The notes under the pieces are model-generated. The model was not told where the DNA came from and did no database searches. It was given only the letters and a program-made list of their open reading frames with translations. 64,000 bases of DNA from Bacteroidales bacterium (GTDB taxonomy: Bacteria > Bacteroidota > Bacteroidia > Bacteroidales > JBDKHP01): positions 836,634 to 900,633 of the forward strand of contig CBDDLB010000004.1 of NCBI GenBank assembly GCA_965230435.1, given 5' to 3'. Below are positions 8,515-17,147 of this stretch, piece by piece. The translations under genes and the position numbers were made by a program. Within the stretch, counting starts at the first letter, position 1; the number at the start of each line of letters is the position of its first letter.

Positions 8515-10992
8515 TTATTGAATTATGATTGACTTAGTAACTCGTAAATCGTTGTTCAGCAATTCAATCACATACTGACCAGCAGCATATTTGCTAATGT
8601 CAATCAATTCAGAGCTAGAGTAGTTCGGGTTTGAATAAACTATATTGTTACTCAAAGAATAAACCTTCACCTGTAGTTTGCCATAATTCTTTGTACTATT
8701 TATTCTAAATCTACCATCAGTAGGATTAGGCCAAAGTACGATATCACTAGGTGTTAGTTTTTCCACTGCTGTAACAGAAGTCACTTTTACATTAAATGAG
8801 GTTGTAACTGTTTTTCCGTTCGATTTACCTTCGATTACAATATCTGCGCTTCCTTCGGCATCTGCCGCAAATTTCAGCGTGAGCTTATCATCTGAAATAC
8901 TTGTAGAAACAAGCTCTTCGTTACTATTGCTCTTAACCGATTTCTCAATAGGAGCTTCGTCATCTTCATCTACAAAAACATTGCTTAGGTCGATGTCCAT
9001 GCTTTCTGTATTGATTTTCGCAACCACGTTTTCTATTGGTTCTGCAACCTCAGGAACAGCATCTGGAAGCACTTCGAAATTATCGGCACAGAAATACATC
9101 GGAGTATTTATTCCCCAGTCTCCAACATCCGAAGAAGCAAGGCTGAATTTAATCTCGTCAACTTTACCTAAAGAAGTTAGGTCTACCCACTGCCAAGTTT
9201 TTATGATGTAATCTTTTGTGTTGTCTTCGAAACGGAAATCAGCAAGGTAGAAATCGACAACATCAGTTTTTTCACCATCTTTCACTCCCCAAACAGACAG
9301 CTTAAACCAATCGGGATCGTTTCCATCTTTACCACCAAACTTCTTGGCAAAAGCATCGCCCTGTTCCATTGACAAAGCTGCCCAAGTACTATTGGTAACA
9401 TAAAAGCCTTTTACCGCATATGCTGAACCATCGTTAAATGATGCTCCGATAGGCGCAGCTTCATACGTTGCAAAATCTGTAGGAACATATGCCAAACCAT
9501 AATTCTTACCTCCCGATTCTTCTGGCTCAAAACCAGCTCCTGTAATAGCACTATACTGGTTACCGAATCCAGGTGTTGAAACATCTGAAGTATTAGAATA
9601 TGCCCATTCACTCCAAGATCCGAAAGCATTATCGTAACTGTTCGAAAATTTCACCAATCCAGTAACGAAACCTCCTGTTTCATCAGATCCATTCCAAAAA
9701 CTTTCATCTTCCAAAGTCAAGTCTTCGAAATTTGAAACCGTGCCACTTGTTGACGTTGACGAATAAACACCTACGGTAAGCTTATCGGTAACAGATTGTC
9801 CATTAGAAGTAGCTTTAACCACAATTTCTGTTTGCCCAGCAGATTTTAGGTCTACAGTAAATATATTTCCTGAAATAGCAGAAGCGGCAATCTCTTCTGA
9901 AGAATTTGAAACAAGTTCATAAACCAAAGGCTCAGTATCGTCAGGATCGGTAAAATGTTTGTTCAAGTCAATTTGAATTTGCTCGTTCTTACGTCCCACG
10001 ATTGTTCCTAAATTGGTTACTGCTTTAGGCGATGTACTTTTATAAACTTCAGCAACAGGTCTTCCCATCGATAACACCAAAACTTTGTTTCCTTCTTCTT
10101 CACTATCAATATTTCCTACCGATTTAATCATGCCCAGCCAGTCCATTACATCGCTTGTTGTCGCCAAAATATCGTAGTTATTACCATCGCCTTCTACACC
10201 ATTCCATTTTGCCAAAAATTTATCGGTAGAAAAACTGTTCGAGTTGAAAATCAAGTTTCCAGCTTCATCAATTTCACAATCGTAAGGGCCATCCGACAAA
10301 TCAGATAGTTTTGTAGCATCCGCTACCGTAAGAACCTTGCTGCCTTCCGAAGCAATTGCTGCATCGATATCCTTTTTATTCCAACGAAACAAAGCCGTTG
10401 GCCCTTCTGTAAGAGTGTAATATGTTCCATAGTAAATATTTCCATCTGCATCAGCAGCCAAACCAGCCGAACTACCTCCAATTTCAATCACCTTCTTGTG
10501 TTTGTTCTCACCAGATGTATCCAAAATGAAAATTGAGTTTGGGTCGTTCCAATTAGGACTGTTTAAGCCGGAAATCAGAATGTGGCCGTTCCAAAATTCA
10601 AGATCAAAATTACAAGCAGAAATAGCCTCTAAAGTCCATTCACCTGTTTCTACATTGATACTGTAAATTCTATCGTCAGTATTGCCACTGTTTGTAAACC
10701 CAGCCCATATGGTTTTAGCATCTGGCGACAAGGTTAGAAAACTTGGCCACGATGTATAATCGCTCGGTTTATCGTAGCTTTTTACTTCCTCGCCTGTTTT
10801 CAGATTTAGGCAGCGGATAGTATTTCCTTCATTTCCATAAAGCAAATCCCCAGCAATATCAAAAGCCGAAAAAGTATCGTAGTTAACAAGGATATCTTTC
10901 GTCTTGTAGCTTTCCGATGGCGTCAGATAGCTCTGTGCTGTTACAACCAAGTTGAACAGCAATATGGATATTATCAATAATGACCGTTTCAT
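8515..10992 (-). CDS. Large secreted protein with a DUF4465-like domain flanked by Ig-like modules and a T9SS C-terminal domain
   Basis: 825 aa. Signal peptide MKRSLLIISILLFNLVVTAQ. Central region GGFVTGLVKFSNSYDNAFGSWSEWAYSN...DWFKLSVWGVKDG...IKTWQWVDLTSLGKVDEIKFSLASSDVGDWGINTPMYFCADNFEV resembles DUF4465. C-terminus LWPNPTDGRFRINS...QYVIELLN is T9SS CTD-like. Confidence 0.75.
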   Translation of the reverse strand: MKRSLLIISILLFNLVVTAQSYLTPSESYKTKDILVNYDTFSAFDIAGDLLYGNEGNTIRCLNLKTGEEVKSYDKPSDYTSWPSFLTLSPDAKTIWAGFTNSGNTDDRIYSINVETGEWTLEAISACNFDLEFWNGHILISGLNSPNWNDPNSIFILDTSGENKHKKVIEIGGSSAGLAADADGNIYYGTYYTLTEGPTALFRWNKKDIDAAIASEGSKVLTVADATKLSDLSDGPYDCEIDEAGNLIFNSNSFSTDKFLAKWNGVEGDGNNYDILATTSDVMDWLGMIKSVGNIDSEEEGNKVLVLSMGRPVAEVYKSTSPKAVTNLGTIVGRKNEQIQIDLNKHFTDPDDTEPLVYELVSNSSEEIAASAISGNIFTVDLKSAGQTEIVVKATSNGQSVTDKLTVGVYSSTSTSGTVSNFEDLTLEDESFWNGSDETGGFVTGLVKFSNSYDNAFGSWSEWAYSNTSDVSTPGFGNQYSAITGAGFEPEESGGKNYGLAYVPTDFATYEAAPIGASFNDGSAYAVKGFYVTNSTWAALSMEQGDAFAKKFGGKDGNDPDWFKLSVWGVKDGEKTDVVDFYLADFRFEDNTKDYIIKTWQWVDLTSLGKVDEIKFSLASSDVGDWGINTPMYFCADNFEVLPDAVPEVAEPIENVVAKINTESMDIDLSNVFVDEDDEAPIEKSVKSNSNEELVSTSISDDKLTLKFAADAEGSADIVIEGKSNGKTVTTSFNVKVTSVTAVEKLTPSDIVLWPNPTDGRFRINSTKNYGKLQVKVYSLSNNIVYSNPNYSSSELIDISKYAAGQYVIELLNNDLRVTKSIIIQ

Positions 10993-11058
10993 TAGTTTAT
11001 TTTTTAATGACAGGCGTCACTCTCACAAGTTGAACCTGACCGTTACATTCTGGTTTAA

Positions 11059-12192
11059 TTATTCAATAATTACTTTGCAGATTGATTTATTATCAGCGTT
11101 TTTCACGATATAAGCACCTTTGTCAAGCTGATTAAGGCGCTTGTCCCTAAGGCTAGATACTTTCAATGCGCTGTTGCCTTCTACATTGAACAATTCAAAC
11201 TTGCCAGTAATGCCCTGTGCCGAAGAAGGGTAAACAGAAACTCTGCGAAGTTCAACCTTCTTTGCTTTAGCTTTCTTTTTTGCACCGCTTGCAGGAGCAA
11301 CATCAACTACACCACGGATTTCTGTTGACACTTCGCCCAACCAACCGCACATACGGTTCAGGCCAGTTTGGATCTTTACAAAGTCGATTTCATCTAACGA
11401 AACAGAATTTCCCTCGGCATCAATAGCCCATTCTATTTTCATTGCATCGCCTCCTGCTCCTTCAAGAGTGCCAACTGTAGACGGGTTATCTGGTAGATGA
11501 ACATAGTCTCCATCTTTTTCCGCTGGGTGGTTGTCGGCATAGCCATAATCCAACGCAAAAGACTGAATGTAAGATGGGTTGCTGTCGTCAACATTACCAG
11601 AGATCAATGTTCCACTATACGACTCACGGCTTGGGTTTACATTCGGGAAAGCATCCGAAGACGGATAATAAGGCTGTTTATGATAAGCATTCACTAGAAC
11701 AGCACCTCTTTTGTTCAAAACATCGCGCCAAGGTACATCTGCATAACCGCCTGGATTAACATAAGTCAGCGAATAGTTTGGAAGCGTATTGGCTTTTGAA
11801 TAGTCGCTTCCCTTTAGCTGATACCAAGTATCGTCGGCTAGTCCGTTGCCGTTCTCGTCCTTCATTACATAAACAATTCCCGGCTCTGCCCAACCATCAA
11901 ATGCATTGCCGATAATTGAGAAGTCAACACCGTATGGGTTGTTCGGATCATTTTCAATAGAGTGGTCGAAACCAACTATAACATAGCCGCCAAAAGCACC
12001 AAGGCTCAAAGTTCCTGAAGCTCCACCAATCAGCGTTTCTGGAGATGCTGAATTTCCCCATGGATCAGAATTGATAAACTGTCCGGGAGCAGGCTTATAC
12101 TCCAATACTTTTGACACATAAGGACTTGTTTGGGCGAATAGTCCTACATTGAAACATAGACATATCGCCAGAAATAAGTAATTTCGTTTCAT
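11059..12192 (-). CDS. Secreted cell-surface protein (paralog 1) with a probable T9SS C-terminal domain
   Basis: Start trimmed to the internal ATG giving MKRNYLFLAICLCFNVGLFAQ. Paralogous to 6499-7914 (VLEYKPAPGQFINSDPWG...LSLGAFGGYVIVGF...GVDFSIIGN). Confidence 0.8.
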   Translation of the reverse strand: MKRNYLFLAICLCFNVGLFAQTSPYVSKVLEYKPAPGQFINSDPWGNSASPETLIGGASGTLSLGAFGGYVIVGFDHSIENDPNNPYGVDFSIIGNAFDGWAEPGIVYVMKDENGNGLADDTWYQLKGSDYSKANTLPNYSLTYVNPGGYADVPWRDVLNKRGAVLVNAYHKQPYYPSSDAFPNVNPSRESYSGTLISGNVDDSNPSYIQSFALDYGYADNHPAEKDGDYVHLPDNPSTVGTLEGAGGDAMKIEWAIDAEGNSVSLDEIDFVKIQTGLNRMCGWLGEVSTEIRGVVDVAPASGAKKKAKAKKVELRRVSVYPSSAQGITGKFELFNVEGNSALKVSSLRDKRLNQLDKGAYIVKNADNKSICKVIIE

Positions 12193-12489
12193 CTGGTTTA
12201 ATTTTTCAGAAAAAGCTTTGGCTGTGAGAAAGAGCTTAATCACGCTCGTATGTGTCTCAATAACAAATCGAGCCATGCTTGTTTCATCTGGTTTAAAATT
12301 GATTTTCAATTGTCAGATGCAACTTCCACATAAGTTCAACTTTCCTCGTATTTTGCAAGAACAGGACAATCGAATTTACATGGTCGTTTCATAATGCAAT
12401 TTTTAAGAACTAATTAATTGTGTTATGGTTAAGTGCGAACGGCAGAAGGTTTTGGCGAACACTGCCGTTCTTTTTTATTTTAAACTGAA

Positions 12490-12572
12490 ATGAATTTGGT
12501 CGTTAGATAGAGATGCATTGCGTCTGTACAGTTCTCGAATAGACAATTACAAAATTTGAAACCACAGAAAAC
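12490..12572 (-). repeat. Copy B of the ~84-nt segment; here it supplies the last ~23 codons and the stop of the membrane-protein gene
   Basis: atgaatttggtcgttagatagagatgcattgcgtctgtacagttctcgaatagacaattacaaaatttgaaaccacagaaaac aligns with 8031-8114. Confidence 0.7.
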
Positions 12573-12937
12573 AAAGCAGAAGCAGAAAGCGATGCCAGAA
12601 GGATTTTCTTAGGTTTAGTTTTCTTCAGCAACAGAAAACCTAGGCCTCCGATAAAGGCAAAAGCAAGATATGTCCGATGAAAACCTTGGAAGAAAAACAC
12701 GAATGCCTCGAAGTATTGAGCATGCGACACATTGTTTATCACAAAGTCGCTCAACCACAACGATAGCACAAGAATCAGTAAGGCAGTATGTTTCTGTTTG
12801 AAATAAGCTGCACCAAACAAGGCAATTGCTCCAAGAGGTGCAAAGTTGGGCGGATGTGGAATCAGACGGCTGAATGCCGCCAACAACACAAAAAGTATCA
12901 GAAGTCCAAAACGAATGTCGATTTTTGACTTTTCCAT
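12503..12937 (-). CDS. Small polytopic membrane protein (DUF6580-like), first gene after the cobalamin riboswitch
   Basis: Start trimmed to MEKSKIDIRFGLLILFVLLAAFSRLIPHPPNFAPLGAIALFGAAYF. This signature (PHPPNF-P-GA-ALFG) matches my recollection of the DUF6580 family. About four hydrophobic helices. The longer track ORF would run into the riboswitch expression platform. Confidence 0.7.
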   Translation of the reverse strand: MEKSKIDIRFGLLILFVLLAAFSRLIPHPPNFAPLGAIALFGAAYFKQKHTALLILVLSLWLSDFVINNVSHAQYFEAFVFFFQGFHRTYLAFAFIGGLGFLLLKKTKPKKILLASLSASALFSVVSNFVIVYSRTVQTQCISI

Positions 12938-13044
12938 TGTACTGCAATTTTGATTGTACACCTGATTACTAGATTTTGCAGCATACGATGGGCATAGTAA
13001 AGCCAATGAAACATCGTCATGATCAGCTATCTGTTCTCCGCAGA

Positions 13045-13258
13045 CTGCAAAAATCTATGTTTCACTGGCAGGTCTTCTGACTTACCCCTGTTTTTAGCAC
13101 CTTCCCCTTTTGCAAAGAGTGGCATTTTGCTAAAACATTTCCGAAAACTATCCGGAAGGGCTTACAGCAGCGGGAACTGTTGCCGAATTACACGGCATTC
13201 CCTTTTAATTTCTCCTCCAATCTGTATTTCTCTACAGATTAGATTAGAAAACCAATGA
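13045..13258 (-). promoter_or_regulatory. Cobalamin (B12) riboswitch
   Basis: The minus-strand RNA reads ...ttaaaagggaatgccgtgtaattcggcaacagttcccgctgctgtaag...atgccactctttgcaaaaggggaaggtgc...agtcagaagacctgccagtg. This matches the conserved AAAAGGGAA / GTG-AA-TC / CAG-CCCGC-GCTGTAA core, a GCCACT element, GGGAAGG, and the B12-box-like AGTCAGAAGACCTGCC. Confidence 0.85.
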
Positions 13259-13263
13259 GGCGG

Positions 13264-13271
13264 CAAAGTTA
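13264..13271 (-). promoter_or_regulatory. Candidate Bacteroidota -7 promoter element upstream of the riboswitch
   Basis: The minus strand reads TAACTTTG, which matches TAnnTTTG. No convincing -33 TTTG was seen. Confidence 0.35.
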
Positions 13272-13525
13272 ATAATTTTGTGTATTAATCTATTTTGCAT
13301 GCGAGAGTAACTGAGTTTATTTCGGAATAAGGGTAAGCACAAAATGGATCAACCTCTAATCGTAATCATCAACTAACTTTTTTTGAAACAAAACACAGTC
13401 AAATAATTGAACTATCGAAAGAAAACCCTACCTTTGCGCCCGATTTCGAGCAGTCATCGTGTGATGGAAAGTTGGCTTTGCTCGAATTACAGCCAACTTT
13501 AAGTAGCACAACAAATTATAAAGAA

Positions 13526-14113
13526 ATGAAGACGATTGAAATTTCTGGTGAAATCAGAAAAGAATTAGGCAAAAAAAGCACAAAACAACTTCGCCGTGAG
13601 GAGAAAGTTCCTTGTGTAATGTACGGAGGTGAAGAAAACGTTCATTTTTCTGTTACTGAAAAACAAGTATTGAAATTGGTTAATACACCTGATGTGTATA
13701 TTATTCATTTCAATATCGAAGGAAAAGAAGTAAAAGGTATTATTCAAGAAACTCAATATCATCCAGTTTCTGACAAACCTTTGCACTTCGACTTCTTGCA
13801 AGTTACAGACGATGCTCCAGTAATAATTGGTATACCTGTTATTCTTGAAGGTTTTGCTGAAGGTGTACAAGCTGGTGGTAAATTGCAGCTTATGCAACGT
13901 CGCGTGAAAGTAAGAGCTATGATCAAAGACCTTCCTGAATCTCTAAAGCTAGACGTAACAAACCTTGGCCTTGGTAAAGTTATTAAAGTAGGTGAATTGG
14001 AATTTGAGAACCTTGAACTTCTTTCTCCTCCAAGTTCAGTAGTAGCTGCGGTGAAACTTACGCGTGCTGCTCGTGGTGCTTTGGCTGCTGCTGCTTCAGA
14101 AAGCAACGACTAA
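13526..14113 (+). CDS. rplY: 50S ribosomal protein L25 / general stress protein Ctc
   Basis: MKTIEISGEIRKELGKKSTKQLRREEKVPCVMYGG... is the typical L25/Ctc N-terminus. Start trimmed to the internal ATG at 13526. Confidence 0.9.
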   Translation: MKTIEISGEIRKELGKKSTKQLRREEKVPCVMYGGEENVHFSVTEKQVLKLVNTPDVYIIHFNIEGKEVKGIIQETQYHPVSDKPLHFDFLQVTDDAPVIIGIPVILEGFAEGVQAGGKLQLMQRRVKVRAMIKDLPESLKLDVTNLGLGKVIKVGELEFENLELLSPPSSVVAAVKLTRAARGALAAAASESND

Positions 14114-14137
14114 GCATTACATACAACATATTCAAAA

Positions 14138-14173
14138 GCCAAGACCATCGCGGTTTTGGCTTTTTTGTGTTTT
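14138..14173 (+). terminator. Rho-independent terminator after rplY
   Basis: gccaagacc / ggttttggc stem (one G-T), 5-nt loop, followed by ttttttgtgtttt. Confidence 0.75.
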
Positions 14174-14370
14174 AAAACCAACGTTCTATTCGTCAATTTA
14201 TCTAATTTTGCATCTGCTCTTAATCGAAGAGTTTTTTAGCAAGTGTACACAGGTTCAGAAAGTGTCTGCTGAAAAAGTAGGTATTTATGAAATCTGAACG
14301 AATTTAAACAAACCAAGCCCTTCATAAAAGGACATGCTTAAATTCAAACACCTAACTAAAATTTAAACAC

Positions 14371-14934
14371 GTGAAATATTTAATTGTAGGCTTAGGAAAT
14401 ATCGGCAAAGAGTACGAAAACACAAGACACAATATCGGTTTTCAGGTAGTGGATGCTTGGGCAAAAGATGCTGGGGCTACTTGGGAATACGAACGTTTGG
14501 CCTATAGAACAGAAGTGAAATCAAAAGGCCGCACTTTCGTACTGATAAAGCCAACCACATACATGAACCTTAGTGGAAAGGCTGTTAACTACTGGATGCA
14601 ACAAGAAAAACTCGACAAAGAACACGTTATGGTGATTGTTGACGACCTTGCGCTCGATTTCGGTACAATCCGCATAAAATCTAAAGGTAGCGACGCTGGA
14701 CACAACGGATTGGCTGACATAGCAAAAACACTAGGACACTCGAATTACAACCGACTACGGTTTGGAATCGGCAACGGTTTTTCGCGTGGAAAACAGATCG
14801 ACTTTGTTTTAGGCGAATGGACTTCAGACGAAAGTGCAACTCTACCAGAACGTATCGACAAAATGATAGAAGCCCTAAAAAGTTTCGGTTCTATCGGTGT
14901 TTCGCGCACAATGAATTCTTTTAACGGCAAATAA
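14371..14934 (+). CDS. pth: Peptidyl-tRNA hydrolase
   Basis: GTG start. MKYLIVGLGNIGKEYENTRHNIGF... and GHNGL motifs are typical of Pth. Confidence 0.92.
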   Translation: MKYLIVGLGNIGKEYENTRHNIGFQVVDAWAKDAGATWEYERLAYRTEVKSKGRTFVLIKPTTYMNLSGKAVNYWMQQEKLDKEHVMVIVDDLALDFGTIRIKSKGSDAGHNGLADIAKTLGHSNYNRLRFGIGNGFSRGKQIDFVLGEWTSDESATLPERIDKMIEALKSFGSIGVSRTMNSFNGK

Positions 14935-15029
14935 GTTCATTAGAACTTAGGGATTGGTTTTATGCTGCATACCAGCAAAGCGCCTCTCCAAGAAGTGACG
15001 TTTATATTACGACACCAACTTAATAAAGC

Positions 15030-16250
15030 ATGGAATATCAAAGCTTTGCTTTGCCCAATGGTATACGTCTGGTACACGCCTACGATGTTTCCTACGTTGG
15101 CCATTGCGGATTTTTTATCAATACGGGTTCTCGCGACGAGAAAGAAAACGAACTTGGTATTGCACACTTCATTGAGCATACCATTTTCAAGGGGACGAAA
15201 AAACGCAAAACCTATCATATCCTGAGTAGACTGGACGATGTTGGTGGAGAACTCAATGCCTATACTACAAAAGAACAAACGGTTGTTTACGCGTCATTTC
15301 TAAAAGAATACTTTTCGCGTGCTCTGGAACTAATTTCGGACATCGTTTTCAACTCTGTTTTTCCGGAAAAAGAAATCGAGAAAGAAAAAGAGGTTGTCAT
15401 CGACGAAATCAATTCGTACAAAGACAGCCCATCGGAACAGATATACGACGATTTTGAAGAGCATCTTTATAAAGAACAAGCTATCGGGCGTCAGATATTA
15501 GGCTCATACGAATCCGTTAAGGGTTTTAGTTCCAAAACCATACAGGAATTCATACGCAACAACTACTACACCGACCAAATGGTTGTGAGTATTGTTGGCA
15601 ATGTCAGCTTCAAAAAAGCCCAAAAGATGGTGGAAAGCCACTTTGCCCACATACCATCTAGGTTTAGCCCCAATAATAGACGCCAAGAGCCTGTGCATCA
15701 TATTTTTTCTACAAATGAAAGTGCAGATACGCATCAGGCGCACTGTATAATTGGTAGTGGTGCTTTTGGTGTATTCGATAAGCGAAAAACAACGCTTTCT
15801 TTGTTGAGCAACGTACTTGGTGGTCATGGCCTCAATGCTAGGCTGAACCTATCGTTGCGCGAAAAGCACGGCATAGCATACAATATCGAGTCTAACTATG
15901 TATCGTATTCCGACACGGGGCTTTTTTACGTGTATTTTGGTACAGATAAAGAAAATTTGGATCGAAGTCTAAGCCTGATTAACAAAGAATTTAAACTACT
16001 TCGGGATAAAAAACTTGGAGTCCTGCAATTGAGCCGTGCAAAGAAACAACTTGTAGGACAGATTGCGATCAGTGCCGACAGTAACGAGAACCAAATGTTA
16101 TCGATAGGAAAAAGCATGTTGCTCTTCGACAAGGTAGACCCACTGAAAGTGGTTTACAAACGAATAGATGATATTACAGCAGAAGGATTATTGGAAGTGG
16201 CAAACACAATACTTACAGAAGAACGGTTATCTACTTTAATTTTTCAGTAA
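15030..16250 (+). CDS. M16-family (pitrilysin-like) zinc peptidase
   Basis: Inverted zinc motif HFIEH (GIAHFIEHTIFKGT). 406 aa with the two-domain M16 architecture. Confidence 0.85.
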   Translation: MEYQSFALPNGIRLVHAYDVSYVGHCGFFINTGSRDEKENELGIAHFIEHTIFKGTKKRKTYHILSRLDDVGGELNAYTTKEQTVVYASFLKEYFSRALELISDIVFNSVFPEKEIEKEKEVVIDEINSYKDSPSEQIYDDFEEHLYKEQAIGRQILGSYESVKGFSSKTIQEFIRNNYYTDQMVVSIVGNVSFKKAQKMVESHFAHIPSRFSPNNRRQEPVHHIFSTNESADTHQAHCIIGSGAFGVFDKRKTTLSLLSNVLGGHGLNARLNLSLREKHGIAYNIESNYVSYSDTGLFYVYFGTDKENLDRSLSLINKEFKLLRDKKLGVLQLSRAKKQLVGQIAISADSNENQMLSIGKSMLLFDKVDPLKVVYKRIDDITAEGLLEVANTILTEERLSTLIFQ

Positions 16251-16415
16251 GCAAAGTAATCATGGACAGGTGGGCTGTCGGTTCAATGTATTGAGCAGAT
16301 TAATTCGCCAATTAGATAGAAAGAATAAGTTAGTCTAATGCACATTTTGTTTTTAAACTCAGTGCGTATTTTGCGTAGATAAAAGTTAAGGAGCAGATTG
16401 TAGGCTAGAGTAGCG

Positions 16416-16970
16416 TTATTCTTTTACCTCTACTGCCTTTTTCTTTCTAAATTTCTTTATCCAAATATACCACAACAAGAATGTGCAAGCATAAACAGTA
16501 TATTTAAAGACCATATGGTGGTTGATATTCATATATTGGGGAAGGTACTTATTGGTAAGGTATAGCCCTACTATACGTAAAATATTGATAATAAAAATAA
16601 TGATAAGCCCCATAGGGATAAACCAGAGCTTCGTATTTATTCTCCCCGGAAACACCACAATGAAACCAGCAAAAAGCCCCATCAGGTTCCGTCCAAGGCA
16701 ACCCTTGTCTAAATAAATTCCATTACCGCCTATTTGTTGAAGGGCTTTTCCATAAATAAGACTTTGCTCACCTACAAGCGAAAGGAAGAACTGAGATATC
16801 TCAAGAAGGATATGGGTGAGCCAGCCTGAAAACTCATCATAAAGAGGGTCGATAAAAACCAACCTACGCACAATATAGAAGAATAAATACCAAAATAGTC
16901 CGACGCAAATTGTATTAACAACAAACTTATTTAGCAGGCTTAAGCTTTTGTAATGCTCAATGATTTTCAT
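16416..16970 (-). CDS. Exosortase-family membrane protein, XrtF-like in size and architecture
   Basis: 184 aa, polytopic. Candidate catalytic Cys in LDKGCLGRNLMGLFAGF, conserved Asn/Arg helix IINILRIVGLYL, and His in NINHHMVFKYTVYACTFLLWYIWIKKF. This is the Cys/Arg/His layout of exosortases. Confidence 0.7.
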   Translation of the reverse strand: MKIIEHYKSLSLLNKFVVNTICVGLFWYLFFYIVRRLVFIDPLYDEFSGWLTHILLEISQFFLSLVGEQSLIYGKALQQIGGNGIYLDKGCLGRNLMGLFAGFIVVFPGRINTKLWFIPMGLIIIFIINILRIVGLYLTNKYLPQYMNINHHMVFKYTVYACTFLLWYIWIKKFRKKKAVEVKE

Positions 16971-17071
16971 GCAGTAGAATTTTCCAAAACGATTTTGCTC
17001 ACATTCAATAACCAGACCAATAGAAATGGGAACATTTAGATCATCGGTCTTATGAACTGGTTTTCTAACTG

Positions 17072-17122
17072 CATAAAAATAAAAAACTCTTTTCTTCTTC
17101 TTTAAATGAAGAGGAAAAGAGT
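17072..17122 (-). terminator. Hairpin plus T-run between the mini-ORF and the exosortase gene
   Basis: On the minus strand actcttttcctcttc / gaagaagaaaagagt form a 15-bp stem with one mismatch and a 7-nt loop, followed by tttttatttttat. Confidence 0.65.
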
Positions 17123-17147
17123 AGAATCATATCTCATTATTGAGTAG

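Noticed and set aside
12437-12480. Hairpin gaacggcag/ctgccgttc followed by a T-run on the plus strand, as a plus-strand terminator
   Set aside because: There is no plus-strand gene upstream of it. On the coding (minus) strand it follows the membrane-protein stop but has an A-run before it rather than a U-tract after it, so terminator function is doubtful. It is mentioned only as context for the duplicated segment.
12938-13006. N-terminal extension of the membrane-protein ORF (track ORF 12503-13006 starting MALLCPSYAAKSS...)
   Set aside because: The extension overlaps the riboswitch expression-platform hairpin and adds a non-hydrophobic, family-atypical leader. The internal ATG gives the characteristic MEKSKIDIRFGLLILF... 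start.
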